Assembly: GCF_963921235.1 (NCBI RefSeq)
Contig: NC_086108.1
Location: 67,272,001-67,336,000, forward strand
Source: Mobula hypostoma
Lineage: Eukaryota
DNA: 64,000 nucleotides
Direction: 5' to 3'
Of this stretch, positions 62,657 through 64,000 are shown in pieces (the first letter of the stretch is position 1; each line of letters opens with the position of its first letter). A program made the position numbers and the translations under genes. Under the pieces are notes generated by a model. It was not told the origin of the DNA. It ran no database searches and saw only the letters and a list, made by a program, of their open reading frames with translations.

Positions 62657-63764
62657 ATTGTCATGAGATGTCATGCTCTTAAATCTGCCAAAACTGACAT
62701 GAACATCATCAATACCCAAAGGAGTTTTGCCGACGTATGTATATACTCTGGTTGTAATTGCTAATGATGGGAACAAAAATATTCTTTTTACCATTCCAAA
62801 GTCTGATCTTACATTTACATTCATTGGTGTTTCACAAACTACAAGAAAAGTTGATGGACAGTATTTAACAGTGATGAATTCAGAAAGTTTGCACTCAGTT
62901 TTTTCCTAAGTTCAAAGTTAATTTGCTAAATTGGCTCTCTATCTGGGTGCCAGTGGTGAAGGAGCAAAGCTTACCTAGTGCTGAAGAACTCATCCACTCT
63001 ACTTGTGCTGAAGTCAAGTCATGGAAACAAGAACCTTTACGGACTTTACAAAGCTGCATTGTGGCGTTCAACAATGAAACTGTTGCAATCTCCACTACTG
63101 ATGCATATACGTATGCCTTCCAAAGATACCCTGCCAGATTTTATGGTCAAGATCTAAGCAAGTGCAACTGAGCCAAGGGAAAACAGCAGGAATACAAATG
63201 AAATTCAGACAGACACTATTACAGCCTGGGGCTACAGTTCCTGTGAAACACAGTAAACGTACAGACTAGCAAGCAACTACATATGACATTTGCAGGGACT
63301 CCACAAAAGGATCCATGATCTTAGTATTACGTAGTTAACAAAGCATTAACATAAAACACCATCATTCCTTAAAACACTCAAAGCACCACTCATTGTTGGT
63401 GAATCCCAAATGGATAACCTCAAGAGTGATGAAGAAACTGAGCAACTCCAGATGATACAAGCTTCGATGGCTGCACATCTGGAAATCGCTAAGCTTCAGC
63501 CATCTCATGAGCAGAAACGTCTGTTTTATCTGAAGGACTTTGTAACAAAGTGATACAGGCTTGCAGGAAAATATAAAGACTAAGAAAATCAGAATGTTTC
63601 TTTTAATTAACATGGGGAGGGATGCAATTTTATTTTGTTTTACTGTATATTATTCTGCAATGCTATTACATTTCACTTTTATAAAGATTGTGTACTTCAG
63701 TGAACAGTTTAGAGCATGCTCAGCATCTCTGCTGTGGCAACAGAGAAAGCAGCCCCCAATAGAC

Positions 63765-63805
63765 CCCTAACCGGGGGTCTGTGGACCCCAGTTTGGGAAC
63801 CCCTG
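63765..63805. mobile_element. hAT-Charlie-like MITE terminus
   Basis: GGGGGTCTGTGGACCCCAGTTTGGGAACCCCTG resembles a CAGGGGTTCCCAA TIR; partner end not clear. Confidence 0.4.
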
Positions 63806-64000
63806 CTTCATCATGCTTGATAGAGAGTACATGTAAGTAATTGCTTATAAGTGCTAAAACAGTCAAAATGTGCAGTTTTAGTCCTTTAAAATCAAACAGG
63901 TCTTTGCAGCTCCTGAGGCATCAGAATTGAAAGTTTTAAACCTTGAAAATAATGAAGTTTTGAAATGCATTGCTACGGCCCTGCATTTTACAACTTTTGC

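Overview
Eukaryotic, repeat-dense vertebrate DNA, most likely a cartilaginous fish (ray/shark). This is inferred from the repeat repertoire: V-SINE/HE1-like and Deu-domain SINEs, abundant CR1 and Rex1/Babar LINEs, and Penelope-like elements. I found no convincing host exon, so the window looks intronic or intergenic, and nearly every ORF in the track is a transposon fragment or its antisense shadow. Contents: many Penelope-like elements (PLEs; GIY-YIG endonuclease) whose terminal repeats carry minimal hammerhead-ribozyme motifs, two of them with inverted-terminal structure and 13-16 bp TSDs; an 866-bp solo LTR; a Chapaev3-type DNA transposon with intact TIRs holding a nest of CR1/CR1/L1 insertions; a decayed Mag-like Gypsy element; and three adjacent sushi/Tf1-type chromoviral Gypsy elements, two showing a self-priming PBS. 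There is also a Tigger-like end, an old 38-bp minisatellite, several short templated duplications, and two unidentified decayed coding-like relics (54.2-54.8 kb, possibly env/fusion-protein-like; 62.1-63.55 kb). Family names come from recognising motifs by eye, not from database searches.
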